Shown in pieces: positions 13,401-26,450 of a stretch of 64,000 bases of DNA. Source of the DNA: Lytechinus pictus (Eukaryota). The stretch spans positions 5,084,001 through 5,148,000 of the forward strand of contig NC_087261.1 of the NCBI RefSeq assembly GCF_037042905.1, in the 5' to 3' direction. The notes beneath the pieces were generated by a model. It was not told the DNA's origin. It searched no databases and worked only from the letters and a program-made list of their open reading frames with translations. Position 1 is the stretch's first letter, and each line of letters begins with the position of its first letter. The position numbers and the translations under genes were made by a program.

Positions 13401-14704
13401 TCATTGTCTGCGTGCTCAAAACAGAAAGTAAACACACAACCATCTCAATTGAGCTGATTGGACCTTCGGCTTCGAAAGCCAATGAAACCTTCGGGGAAAC
13501 AGAAAAAGCCACGTGGTTCCCTTATCAGTAAAGGTCGTGACTTCAGAAATAAATTGACCCCTCCCCCATGAGGGAGAGAGAGAGAGAGAGAGAAAGGTAG
13601 GGGGTGTGAGCCGGAGAATTCCTTTCAAGTTTCAAACAATGCAACCTTTTTTATATCCCCCCTCACACAATCAAAAGACATTCCAACACGCGCCGCCTTC
13701 ATCAGTACTTTCTTGGTTAGTCTAAAAAAATAGACCCAGTTATACATGTAGGTTCAAATGATAAAAATTTGTAATTTTGAAAGGTATTTCAAATGAAATA
13801 TTTTGCAAAATATTTTTTTTGAAATAGATGTGTAGCATCGTGGGCAGTGCCACAAGTGGGGTGGGGACATGGTGTGGGCAAGGAATTAATTTTTTTCAAG
13901 TGAAATGCTCCACCTGTGTGTCAGTCTCAATTAATACTTCATTTTCATGATTAACGAAAAAAAGCAACAACGAAACAACCAACAAGAAACAACGACTTCA
14001 TACAAAAAAAAATCAGACCTTTCTTACATTTTCCGTCAGAACTGATCAAATTTTAAATACCCTCAGATGAAAGTTGGCATCATTCCATGAGGTTTACTCT
14101 CTGCTCTCTCCTCAGATGAAAGTTGGCATCATTCCATGAGGTTTACTCTCTGCTCTCTTTTTTTTTCATAACTCCCTCCATCCCCTTCTCTCTCACCTTC
14201 TCTCTAACTCTCTGTGCGGATCGGATTGGGGAAAGTGTCTGCGTTGGCGTATTTATTACATGAGCTCCGATGCTCCCTCTCCCCCTTCTCTCTCTCTCTC
14301 TAGTAGTAGTGGACAGCCATGCGTTGGCTTGCGATGACGTATTTACAACATTATAAGTGCACGGCATTTAAGTGCTGTGAGGGCGGGGATCCATTCTAAC
14401 GCTGGTAGTGATAGCAACCAGCTGGGTCATGTCGGCGTAGAACTATCGTAAATCACTGCCTCGCTTGACAGTGAGACCCAGACTCCCAAGGGATGAATAC
14501 GATATGTGAGTAGTGCTTGGAATGCATGGGGTCAGCTAAGAACAATCAGGTCAGCTAAGGACAATATGGGTCTGTTTATTGTGCTTGATAAACAAATAGC
14601 AAAATCCGATATTTGCTGCCGATATTTTCGACCGATACCGATCATAGGGATAAGTATGTGCCCCCGATCATCCGATCCGATCAGAGCTCTAACTTACAGG
14701 GTTA
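10486..14704. mobile_element. 4.2-kb non-autonomous hAT-like element inserted in the STMND1 3' UTR
   Basis: TIR TAACCCTGTAA (10490-10500, preceded by an extra TAAC) / TTACAGGGTTA (14694-14704); 8-bp TSD GGTGATGT at 10478-10485 and 14705-14712; clustered CCGAT/ATCGG subterminal motifs at both ends; no transposase ORF. Confidence 0.75.
14061..14158. repeat. 49-bp tandem duplication
   Basis: CCTCAGATGAAAGTTGGCATCATTCCATGAGGTTTACTCTCTGCTCTCT occurs twice. Confidence 0.9.
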
Positions 14705-14725
14705 GGTGATGTATCGACTGTCCTT

Positions 14726-15345
14726 TCAAACAGCAGACACCTCTTCTTCATTTTTCTGTCCTGCTTCTTCACCTTCACCATTCTGTTCTTTTTCAGCCAT
14801 CCTGGCCAGTTTGGCTTGCCTGACCTTCTCCGCATGCCGCTTCTTCTGCTCCAGCTTTTCCCTCATGGCCTTGAAGTGAGCCTCGCGATTCTTTGCTGCC
14901 TGATCTAGACTTTCATTGACCTTTACAGCCACTTGCTTCTTCTGCGCCTCCTCCTGCGCCTCGCTGTTCTGGTGCACCTCGGCTTCCTTCTTCATGGTGT
15001 CCAACTTGGCTCGGAGTTTACTGCGTTTAGCCTCTCGCCTCTCCTCGGCGGCCTTCAGCTTGGCGTCGACCTCCTCTTTGGTCAGCTTCTTGGACTTCTT
15101 CTTCTTTTTCTTCAGCTTGGCAAGCCTGGGAGGAGGTTTCTTTAGCTCATCGAAGTCGATAGCGATCATGACATCGAAGGATGTACCGCCTTTCTTTGGT
15201 GCGATCTGTGGAGCTGTTGAAGAAGTGCTGATGATCCCCTGAGACTTGAGTTCACCCAAGATCTGCTCCGTCGTCTGAGCGTTGCGAGCCTTTGTGTTAC
15301 CACTGCTCTTCCTGGATTCGCATTTCGTCCCAGAGACAAACAAAT
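14726..15345 (-). CDS. STMND1: Stathmin domain-containing protein, coding exon 2 (stathmin-like domain, stop)
   Basis: Acceptor TTTTATCAG|AT at 15346/15345, phase 1. Encodes SFDV..PPRLAKL..LTKEEVDAKLKAAEERR..AAKNREAHFKAMREKLEQKKRHAEKVRQAK, a stathmin signature. Total CDS 966 nt = 321 aa. Confidence 0.85.
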
Positions 15346-16180
15346 CTGATAAAATGAATAAAAAAAGTGAAGAAAAGTGTAAGTACATTATGGAAAAAAT
15401 TGCAAGCATTTAAAAAACAACTAAATTTTATATCACTTTCGAAAGAAGTGGTAAAAAAATCTTCTGGGCAATTTTGTAAGTCGTAAAAGACATCAGCCAA
15501 GGCGTTGTTGCCATAACACCATCACAACCCAAACCCAGGGGGTCGATGTGCCGAGTCGGCAAAGTAGGTCACAATAGACTCACTGATCCAGAGGTTTTCA
15601 TTGTCGGGTGCCTTTGTTTACCCCTCTCAAGAATCCAAATCAATACTACGTGTAACGACAACAAAAGGGAACGAGTTTGTGATTGTTTGGGGGTAAATAA
15701 GATCGGGGTCACAATGCCGATCAATATGAGCAAAGGGTAAAGCGTGGGTCTAGGGAAGAATAATGTGATTCCATACGAGGGAAACTCTAAAATGTATTTG
15801 ACAATATTAAAGTGTAAAAATTCTTCTAAACTACCATCAATTACATTTATGTCAAAACAATATTACCACTTTCCAGCGTTCGACAAGACATTTCATATAA
15901 AAATGTAGTTTTACTTGTATTCGTTTTATCAAACCCTGATCAAATATTTTGGCTTGTCTCGTGCGATAACGAGTCGTTTCCATCAGAAACATGCAGCCAA
16001 CAAACCATCCATAATCATGATAATATGGATTTGAGATGAAAATTTTGCATTATGACATTGTAAACAAAATATTTTCCATAAACTGATGAAGATATATCAA
16101 TTAACATTATTAATAAAAAGTTCCGTTACATTGTCTATTTTAATTGAAATTGCAAAAGAACATCAAAGTTCGATAATTAC

Positions 16181-16526
16181 CTGGTGTTTCTGGCCTGTCA
16201 TCAATCATGTTTGGATGTGAATATTCCGTGATCACATTTCCGTAGTCAGCCTCCAATCCACTGTCCATTGTCCTTCTCGAGATCTTGCTCGTCGCCGATG
16301 ACACCAAACGATCTTGAGATTTATTATCCATTTGACTTCCCAACGAGCCCGTCGATCCCAGCTTATCATTTAGAACCTCGACGTCGTTTGAGTTTTCGTT
16401 GACATCGCGGACGTTCTTGCCGGCACTCCTGCCCCGTTTCGACGACGCGGACGATTTTCGACTGACCACCTCGCCATCAGGACCAAGTTCCATGACTTGA
16501 GTTGACTTTGAACTGTTGCAACCCAT
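16181..16526 (-). CDS. STMND1: Stathmin domain-containing protein, coding exon 1
   Basis: Starts MGCNSSK (myristoylation/palmitoylation-type N-terminus) and contains SATSK and DSG motifs. Donor CAG|GTAATT, phase 1, joins exon 2 in frame (..RPETP-D-LFVSG..). Confidence 0.85.
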
Positions 16527-17189
16527 GGTGATTTCGAGACGAGTCCAAATTTGTTGAAGATGTTATAGCAAACTATAACCTGTTCTGCATTGGAACGCAG
16601 GCTGTGAAGTATTATGTCGATCACAAGACTATATAGTTGTGTTCTCGAAAGGAATTGTCGTGAAATTAACTCCAATTGTTCTTGGATGACTAATATCTTT
16701 TTTATGTATCCTTTGAACGGTCTATATCATACCCGTGATATTGCGAAATATGACAAGTATTACAGCTTCCCGAAGAGCGTTTCTGTCGGATATGTTTCTC
16801 TCACAGTAGACGGGGTAGAATATACTCCACCCAGTGGAGTACATGCGATAAAATACCCGGTGACGAGCGCGGCGATTGGTCGTCGACCGTTGCTATGTCT
16901 ATTGTTGGTTCGTCTCTATGGTACGTAACCAACACATCGATTATTTGTGGTTATGCTGCCGTCAACGTAGGCGCGGGTTTTCTGAATTTGTGCATGAAAT
17001 CGGGGAAACCCGAAGGCTCGTAGACGAGGGATATCCCAGTAAATAGAATAATATTTCGTATCTGAGGGGATCGTTGTTTTGATTTGTCTTACACCGTCTG
17101 TGAAGGTAGCCCCTCATAAAAAAGCGTGGCATCATTGGCAGTGGAAGTTATATCTGACAGACAATAATAATAGTGCTGATACAGTATAT

Positions 17190-17420
17190 CACTCTTCCAA
17201 GGATTTAAAATAAATCCAGCTAGATCGGCTGTGAAGAGTGTCCAGTCGAATATTGGATTTAGATTTAAACATTGATGATTTAAATATAAATCTAAAAGAT
17301 TTTAATTTAAATCTTTTGAGATGAAATGTTAATTCTTAAGATTTAAAATGAATTAAAAATTCAGCTGGTCACTATTCACAGCCGATCTGGATTTATATTA
17401 AATCCTTGTAATTTAGAGTG
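17190..17420. mobile_element. CACT-ended palindromic MITE (EnSpm/CACTA-like)
   Basis: CACTCT..CAAGGATTTAA..AGATCGGCTGTGAA / TTCACAGCCGATCT..TTAAATCCTTG..AGAGTG. Confidence 0.6.
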
Positions 17421-17429
17421 TATATAACA

Positions 17430-17645
17430 AGATTATAATAATAATAATGATGAAAGTAATAATGATAATTATAATGATAGAAATAATAATACTAATAATA
17501 ATAACAAAGAAAATATTGATAATAATAGCAATAGTAAGAAGAATGATATTGATGATAATAACCATAATAACAATAAGAATGATAATAATAATAATGATAA
17601 TAATAATAATGATAAACAATGATAATAATTATGATAACAGTATAA
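17430..17645. repeat. (AAT/GAT)n microsatellite
   Basis: Degenerate AAT repeat; source of the poly-Ile ORFs. Confidence 0.9.
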
Positions 17646-18432
17646 TTAGGATTTTAAAGGCCTATATAGAAAGCGCAGGGGCCCCGGAAACCGGGAAACG
17701 GGGGGGGGGGGGCTTGTAAACATGTATAAAAACGTGAGTGACCATGAAATTTTGATTTTATTACCCCCGCCGCCCCCTCCTCCCGCATCATTTTTAGCCC
17801 CCTGCTATAGACTTACGTTTCAGTCAAAACACTGCCAAATGTCATCTCGATTGCTTTAGAAATGGACCTTGTTCCCCCTGAATGAGTGCCTGTCTAAAAA
17901 TAAATGTATTTTCTTCCCAAACGAAATGGGTGCCTGGCTACAATCTGATGTGTAAATATGCCTTATAATCAAACGAGTTCTCTGCTTGTACAGATGAGAT
18001 AACTGCATGGTTATTTGGTGACTTCGGGGTCCCGTCACACAAAGGATAGTGATTGATCGTACGATAATTGATTGTACAATGTACATTGATTGTACATTGT
18101 ATATCGCAATCAATCGCAAAGATATTCTTTTACGATGATTTCTAAGCTTTGTGTTACGGGCCCCATGCAGATGATATTGTATGCAACTATATGCTACAGT
18201 CACTCAAACGAAATCGACTCGAGACCATAGTCTGAGATGGAACTTATTTGATCCCTATACAGACTTATAAAAGCTCGGAATAGCATATCATCGGTTGGTT
18301 TGGTCTGGCATGACTAGGAATCGACTGCGGTTGATTCTGCAAGTGGGATGAAACTGAAAATATTTCCCCCTTTTCTGAATATGCTCAACATCAAAATAAC
18401 TCCGAATATTAGATTGTAATGTTTTCATTCAT

Positions 18433-18620
18433 CATGGGCGGAAATCCCGAGGGGGGGGGGGGGGGCAGGGAGACACGTCCCCCTACCCAAAATAGTATAT
18501 AGGGGGGGGGGCACAATATCAAATACCCCCCTACTATTTTTGGTGGAAAGAAATACATCATTCAAAATAGAAAAAAAAACATGTATTTTGGACGAGATGA
18601 CGTTACTTTCTGGATGATTA

Positions 18621-18659
<39 letters not shown>

Positions 18660-18715
18660 TGTCAAATTTTCCAGCCCCTGGTTTCCCTACCTTTGGGGAG
18701 AGATTTACGCCCTTG
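18433..18715. mobile_element. hAT-like MITE, 8-bp TSD
   Basis: TCATTCAT|CATGGGCGGAAATC ... GATTTACGCCCTTG|TCATTCAT. Confidence 0.8.
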
Positions 18716-20770
18716 TCATTCATCAATCGTTAAGACACCATTCTTAAAAAATAGATATATGTTTCAAATTTGATGGCCTTTCCCCCTTTCCTTTTCTTAT
18801 TCTTACTTTGTCTATTTCATTTTTGATCTACGAAGAAATAAACATAGCCTTGACTTTTTTTCTATAGAATATCACACCTGGCATTGCTGAAGATTGAGAA
18901 TAAAGGCATTTTGTAACCAAGGATTTTTCTTGACTTATGGAGGGAGATGATACGAAGTGCTAAAATATATAGATTTATATATATTTTTTGTTATTCTTCG
19001 TGACCTAAAATTCCTTTCAAATCAACATTTGCAGGTGGGAAGGAGGAAATGATTATTTGAGATGTTCCAAGGAAACAGGCCAATATTGAGACGGGGCATA
19101 GAAAGGGAAGGGAGGAGGGATTGATAGGGAGGGAGAGGAAGGGGGGTTGGGAAAAGGGAGGGTGAGGAGTATGTTTGTATGGCAGATCGAGAGGTGGTAT
19201 AGATATAGGGAAAAGAGAAGGGGGAGATTAAATGTGAGAGGGGAGGGGATGGAGAGGGGATAGACGAAGAGGACTGCAAGTGTCAATCCATGGAGAATTA
19301 TAGCACCGATCGGGTGTCCCCACATGAAAACAGTGATTATGAATAAATAAATGAAAAGACGTAACAATGCTAATGAAAAAAAATATAAAACTGCCCTAAA
19401 CAACGTGATAATAAAATGTATGCTTTGTAATAAAAACAAAATATCGTCTTTGAAAGAGGTCATTATTTTAATAAAGGAACTATAATATCATGCAAAGCAT
19501 AATCATTGATTGAGTCTGTCGCAAAATTGTATAAGTAATATACAACAGTAATTGATCTTTGCGCTCGTATTACCCATAGAGTGATATTGACCGACAGGTG
19601 TAGGTCAACTTGGGGCTCCAGCCCATATCCACCACTTTTTCAAAAAACGAATGCGTGCAAAATAATCAGTCTCGCAGCACTTCCCGCTAGCTCCCACCGT
19701 TTCGCGACCCCTGTGATGAGTTCTGTCAAAACTACCAAGCTCCCCCCCCCCCCCGGCAGGGGTCCATCTCACTGATCAGTGGTCCATCTCCGAGTGCTTT
19801 TGAACCTGACCAGAAACTAATCCCTGATGGACAATAAAGAGGAGTTATCTAATTAACGTACACCAAGATCGTATCGATTTGGTTTTACACTTTGAGAATA
19901 CCTGCCTTGAAGAATTATCGATTTGAATGAATTAAGCCTTGATCCGTCAAAAATCATTATTGTAGGATTATAGCGGTCTAAAGGCCAAGTCACCTGTCTC
20001 TTGGAACTTGAAGGATATTATCTCCGCTTCAGGTGTCAAAATCAGCTTATTATATCGATGGAAAAAAGAGGACCGGAAAGAAATAAACCATGGATAATAT
20101 CACTGGGGTATAATGTGGGGAGGGGGACTTAAGGCCCCCAAAGTTTCACGACCCACCCCCCTCAAAAAAGAGAAATAAAGGGACAATGTTAATATGTGAT
20201 ATTTTTTCTGAATGTTAGTATGTCAAATCTATCACAAAATTAGATTTTTATTTTGGGTAAAGATTTTTTTATGATATCCGAGATTGTCATGATTGTGTTC
20301 GATGGTAATTGCACCCAGTACATGGTAGTTATTTTGGTTCTTTAAATATTTTGTTTGTTCGTTTTGGTTTGTTTTATTGTATCTCTAATGATGATGAAGA
20401 TTCCTTGGTCTGATGTGCAGGGACCAGGGGTGGATTAAGTTTTTTTCCAAGGATCACCTGTTCGACGGAGAAATTTGACAAGAAAAAAAAAGGCTTCACT
20501 ACAAAATGAAGGTCATTTTGGTACTTTCACAAGCAAAAAAAAAAGGTCACTATAAAATGAAGGCAATTTGGCACTGGCTGCAAAATGTTTTAGGTCATTC
20601 TTTTTCACTTGGGGGGGGGGGGGGTAAACATCATAACCCGGCCCACCCGTACATCCGCCACTGGGGACACCAAAATAATCTTTTATGTGTACAACATAAT
20701 GGCTGTACGCGGTGATACGATCCGAGCAATCAGAGACAATGGTTATTGGGTATATAGGGGCGTGTAAAGT

Positions 20771-20966
20771 GGAGGTGCCGTGGCCGAGTGGTCTAAGGCG
20801 CCTGTCTATACATGGAAAGTCCGGGGTTCGATCCCCGGCCGCGGCACCTATGCCCGTGAGCAAGGCATTTAATCTAATAGGATCTTTTATCCTGCTTTCA
20901 AATAAATGGAAATGCTATATGCATTATTGGTAACTAGGTGTGCACTTGTTTGTTTAAAAAAAAAAA
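20771..20966 (+). mobile_element. tRNA-derived SINE with poly(A) tail
   Basis: GGAGGTGCCGTGGCCGAGTGGTCTAAGG (A box), GGGGTTCGATCCCC (B box), non-tRNA body, A-tail. Confidence 0.85.
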
Positions 20967-21180
20967 TGTTACGGATAGGAATGTATTCAAGGGGACGCAC
21001 CCGGGGGACGTACGGCGTGCTCCCCCTCGTGACCAAATTTATATAGATAGTACCCAAACCATAATTTATCCATCCTTTGAACTTTACTAAGCATTTTTTT
21101 TTTTATCTTTGATGGTTTCTCCTCAACCTCCACTAAATATTATTTTATCTCTGCTATTGAGTAGGCTCAGTTTCAAGCCA

Positions 21181-22070
21181 ATAAGCCAGTTCGTAGTTCC
21201 ACTCTGCGCATGATCGGAAGATTCTACGCATGATCAGACGAAGGTCATTTGTACAAAAGTGACATGGTGGTTTAAAATTTAATGAGATAAGCACCAACTT
21301 TGATTTTTGATTATTCATGTATTTTTTTTAATTGTGTTTTTCATTTACATCCACAAAAAACAAAAATGCGTCCACGGACGACTGGTATCTCACAGTTTGA
21401 AAAGTACATTGTATAACATGCTATAATATGCTTTCAAATTAGAAATGCAACAAATACCTTCATAGAGAGTTGAATGGTGTGCTATTCTAGTCACCTGGTC
21501 TATTCAATTTCTTCATCCTGCTATGTAAGGCATTCTTACATAATATCTTTCTTCGGAAATCTGCCTATCACATTGAAAGAAATGAAGGGTCATTTGACCA
21601 AAATTGCCTATGACTAACTACGAACTGGTCTATTGACCAGTTCGTTCGTAGTTACATCATGGTCATTTTTCATTATGATAGGCAAATTTCAAAGCAAAAT
21701 ATAACATATGCATGCCTTACATAGCAGGATGAAGAAATTGAATTATACCAGGTGACTAGAATAACACACCAATGAAGACTCCATGAAGGTATTTGTCGCA
21801 TTTCTACTTTGAATGCATATATATTATAGCATGCAGTACAATGTTCTTGACAAACTGTGAAATACCAGTCGTTCGTGGACGCATTTTTGTTCTTTGTGGA
21901 TGTAAATGAAAAACACAATTGAAAAGAATATATGAATAATCAATACATCAAAGTTGGTACTCATCTCATTAGATTTTAAACCACCATGTCACTTTAGTAC
22001 AAATGACCTTCCTCTGATCATGGGCAGAATCTTCTGATCATGCGCAGAATGGAACTACGAACTGGCTTAA
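21181..22070. mobile_element. Inverted dimer of a ~450-bp TIR element
   Basis: Copy 1 (21181-21633, TIR CCAGTTCGTAGTT / AACTACGAACTGG) abuts a diverged reverse-complement copy (21633-22070). Confidence 0.75.
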
Positions 22071-22854
22071 CTTGGCAAAGTTGCGGCTACTTAATTTTGT
22101 GGGGTGCCGGGGGGGGGGGGTGCTGGGGGCATACCATTACCATCTATCCGGGAGTTTACACTTTGGATGCATCTTTGTATTGCATAATGTATCGTGAACA
22201 TTAACTTGCCTGTAATTTGAACATTACTTGTAATGTGGAAAATCAGAAGCCACAATCCTGTTATGTCCCCTTCTGGTTGTTGTTTATTGCGTTTAACGGC
22301 GTTCATTTCCAAGGTATGTATTTGGCTTGGTTATCAACTGTTTTGAATATTATCAGTGATAATATGCCCCAAATATTGTTGTTGTTTTAGCTTAGGGCCT
22401 ATACGACGCGTATCATTCAGGAGTGAAGCTTCCACATGCAAGGAATTTTTAGTGTTTTGGAGAATTTTAAGAAATTTTGACACCATGCACAAGGAATTGC
22501 AAGGAAAATAAATAAAAAAAAGTCAAGGAATATTCAAGGAAATCAGAGTAAAATTCAAGGAAAATAAAATATAATTAAATAAATATGAGAAAATGTGCAA
22601 TTTTCACCTAATAAAAGACTGGATGGCAGATTAGCGAAACCGTAGGCGTACACATCATGATTATGGCTAATGCACTTCCCTGCTTAATTTTCATGATAAA
22701 AGAAAGAGCTGGAAATAAGAATTTTTCAGCAAGCGCTGCGCGCTCGTATTATTCTACATAAGTCCCTGTAAACTTCAAAATGCCCCCTTTTTCAGGAGAG
22801 CGGAGTATAATATCAACTCCACACTGCCTGGGATTGATCGATTAGTAAAATTAA

Positions 22855-23632
22855 AGGTTAAGTCCACCCCAGAAAAATGTTTTTTTGAATAAATAGAAAA
22901 AAATCAAACTAGTATAACACTGAAAATTTCATCAAAATCGGATGTAAAATAAGAAAGTTATGATATTTTAAAGTTTCGCCTATTTTTCACAAAACAGTTA
23001 TAAATGTAGGCCACTGAGTCACTGGCGGATGCCCCTGGATCTGCCTCTGAACTCAGTCACATGCACTCCAAATGAGACAGTCGATGATGTCACGCACTCA
23101 CTATTTCTTTTTTTATTGCTTGAATATTATACAATATTTCATTTCTTTACATATTTGACAATAATGAGGATCAACTTAACTGAACCACATAGTGTTAAAA
23201 CCAGGGGCGGATCCAGGATTTTTCGAAAGGGGGGGGGGCACATTTTCCCGAGGAAAAATTTGACAAGAAACAAAATTAAGGCGATTTCGTCCACGAAAAA
23301 AATGACAAGCATGTTTTGTGCCCCCTCCCCCTGTATCCGCCAGTGGTTAGAACAATTCCAATTCCACAGCTCAGGAAAGATTAACAATTAAGGAAAAAAT
23401 AGAATATTTCTAATGAAATACAAAGAGTGGATTACGTGATCCTCATTTGCATAATTATACCGACCAGGATGTGCATAATTTTATACATGTAACTGTTTTG
23501 TAATTAAGCGGAAATTTAAAATGTCATAACTTCCTTATCACATCCGATTTTGATGAAATTTTCAGTTTTATGCTTGTAGGATTTTAATTTTTCTTAATTC
23601 AAATAAACTTTTTGTTGGGTTGGACTTGTCCT
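22855..23632. mobile_element. Kolobok-like MITE (TTAA TSD) with a nested hAT-like MITE at 23202-23345
   Basis: TTAA|AGGTTAAGTCCACCCC ... GGGTTGGACTTGTCCT|TTAA; inner CAGGGGCGGAT..ATCCGCCAGTG flanked by GTTAAAAC / GTTAGAAC. Confidence 0.75.
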
Positions 23633-25125
23633 TTAAATAAGCATGCTATTGTTATAAAGTGTATCAACATTGCCCCGTTTTCAGGTCGGAATACTAGAAA
23701 GAAAATTCAGCTTTGTGCCACAACACTCCCGTACAGATGAGATAGGGGCAATTAAGTTGGGGCACGGACGGCCCCCCCCCAAAAAAAAAATGGAAGAAAA
23801 GGATAGGAGAAGGGGGAAATGTATCGTTTTCTGAATAATATGTTAAAATCTATGACAATATACATGTATTCTAGAATTAAAAGATCGGCATTTTTTGCTC
23901 GCTCGCTTCGCTCACCGCAGCCTTTTTAAATGTTTGCCCCATGTAAGACTTGTCTGAATCTATTCAAAGTTATGGCTCGTTACGCTACTACAAATATAGT
24001 CACTTTGAAGTTTGAGTCAAAACATAAATTCAAGGAATTTCAACCAAATCTAAGGAATTTTCGAAGCTCAAAAAATGATTTTTTTTTAACTTTACATAAA
24101 TCCGAGGCTTCTCCTAGTCTGTTCCCACGCCCGCTTGATTATATTTTGTCGCTATATTTGAATTTATCGAAGTTTATTTGCTGTAAATTTAAATAAAATG
24201 TAAATATTCCTTTTAACAGAATGAATTTAAAACGCAGTGTTTGATTTTGGGTTTATTTTTTTCATTTAAAAATAAACTCACTTTAACTAGGAATATAATT
24301 ACCATAGTAAAGACTAACGTTGTCGTTGCAATCAGCTGTTTCGGAAATTCAACTCATGCTAAAGATCGACGTCGACCGAGGTACTTTCTTGCTCTGTGTC
24401 TGTGACAAAAATTCTGGATTTGGAATCTTGATGATTCGTTCTGCCCAGCGTGTTTCTTATTTTGTGAGTATTCTGTCAAAGTATAACGAGTTTTCTGGGG
24501 ACTTTTATCATTGTGTAATCATTCAACAGTCATACAAATTGTTGGAAATATCGCTTGCAAAATTTTTATCGGGATGAGGTCTAACTCTAAGTTACTAGAT
24601 TTCCATGCCTGGAGCTTCGGCGCATTTTGAGATAATTTTCCGGCTGCGCGCTTGTAGGAGGCTTCCTCAAAGTCAAAGACGGAAGAGTGAGAACGTGAGA
24701 ATTGCAGGGGTGGTATTCAATCCATTTCATCTCAGGTAAAATATAATATTTTATCTCCGTTAATATCAGTGATATAAAATAATCTGAATTGGTATTCTGT
24801 CTGAGTCTCTGAGAACAATCTTTGGCTTTATTTTAATAACTGTCTGTAGTGTAAAGTTCCTTTAACTTTAAGTTTAACTAAGACAAGTGGGCCGAGGCGA
24901 GGGTGTTTTTCGTTTCAAAACGTTTCAGTTGAAACCTGAGGTATTTTTTATACATTGAAAAAAAGTCTACTAGTACTACTCTAAGTCTAAGTCCATGGTA
25001 CTTGCAAGGTCAATCGATATCCAGCACATATGGGAAATGGAATGACCTTGAATTAATGGCCTTGTATTAATCCAAGCTCTCTGTGGTTGTTGATCTAACC
25101 TGTAGGCTGTAGTTTGATACTTTGA

Positions 25126-25462
25126 TCACATCGTTCTGTGCAAGCCTTGCGGGTGAGTCTTGGGTGATTGCCCGCAACAAAGTTTTGAGTGTTCAAAATT
25201 TCTCTGTGTGCAAATCAAACTTGCGTGCGCTTCTTCAGGCAACTGTGTGTGAGATATGTGCGAGATACTGTCAATGCGGATAAACTGTGGGCAACCTGCG
25301 GGTAGCAAATATAGTCACCCCCAAGGCTTGCACGGAACGATGTGACTGACCTTTACAGTGCAGTGAAACCTATTGGGCTGAATTCATAAAGGTGATTTTT
25401 GCAAAAACCATGGTTTTGAAAAAACATGGTTTTAAATGAAACCACCTTTGTGAATTCGGGCC
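25126..25462. mobile_element. Two small palindromic MITEs (25126-25345 and 25376-25462)
   Basis: TCACATCGTTCTGTGCAAGCCTTG / CAAGGCTTGCACGGAACGATGTGA; GGGCTGAATTCATAAAGGTG / CACCTTTGTGAATTCGGGCC. Confidence 0.65.
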
Positions 25463-25843
25463 ATTCACTCAGGATATGTAATCTAGGCCTGCTGAGATGT
25501 GAAATTGTAGAGGTTAGCAGATGAGTTCTAAGTCTTTAAGTCCTCAAAGTTTTGTGTTTAACAATGTCACTGTCATGCAAATTACAGAGGAAGTATTGCA
25601 TATCCTGTTTGATTAAAACATTTTCCAAACACCCCCCCCCCAAAAAAAAAAAAATCATTGCACCAATAAGGATTAAATCAGTTCATTTTTATACACAAAT
25701 TCAGTGTGGGATTTTATTGATGTTTAGAATCTCAAACTCCTGATTGGGGTCAATAGAGTCTTAGAACATCTTATTATATCATATGATTTTCTTATCTTAC
25801 CTTCTCTATCTTTCAGACTCTTTTTAGCCGAGGTGGACTCACA

Positions 25844-25968
25844 ATGAGCACAAATGGCATCAGGACTGCAGCCACTGATGGAAAGAAAGTGGCCATATTT
25901 GACAAAGATGGGACCCTTCTATGTATGAACGCTATGCTTGCACCTTGGATGGTCAAAGTGGCCGAGAG
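25844..25968 (+). CDS. HAD-superfamily hydrolase (phosphoglycolate phosphatase-like, C1 cap), paralog A, coding exon 1
   Basis: MSTNGIRTAATDGKKVAIFDKDGTLLCMNAMLAPWMVKVAE contains motif I (DxDGT); donor AG|GTAAAC, phase 2. Absent from the ORF track. Confidence 0.85.
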
Positions 25969-26450
25969 GTAAACATTTTAAGCATGGTTCCCTATAAGCA
26001 CAACTTGCAGACTATCTTGGAGAAATTTGAATTGTTAATTCATCATATTCTTCATATTTTAGTTTTGAGATGTTCTTCATAGGTAGCAGCCTTTTATAAA
26101 GTTCTGCCCCCTGTAGGGTGGCTGACTATAATGCTTGAAACCAAATCCCAAGTTTTCTGAAGCCTGTGTTTTCTCTGGAAGGTGGGGGAAAACACGATCA
26201 CTCATGTATATGGATGATTAAAATAGCTGTTGTTTCCTGATTTATGATTTCTCACATCTTGTCTGAATGTATGTAATTCATATATACCAAAATATTACTT
26301 TCACTGCTTCCCTTCTTTCAGCATGTTGCATTAATAATGAATGAAAACAGATTGGTCACTAGATTAATGTACAGTTCAACATTCTTGATTATAGGCACAG
26401 GATCCGATGGAATATCGCTTTGTTCTGCCATTCCTCTGGTTCCTCAATTT

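Noticed and set aside
14916-15242. Plus-strand ORFs overlapping STMND1 exon 2
   Set aside because: Antisense shadows of a real coding exon; no recognisable protein.
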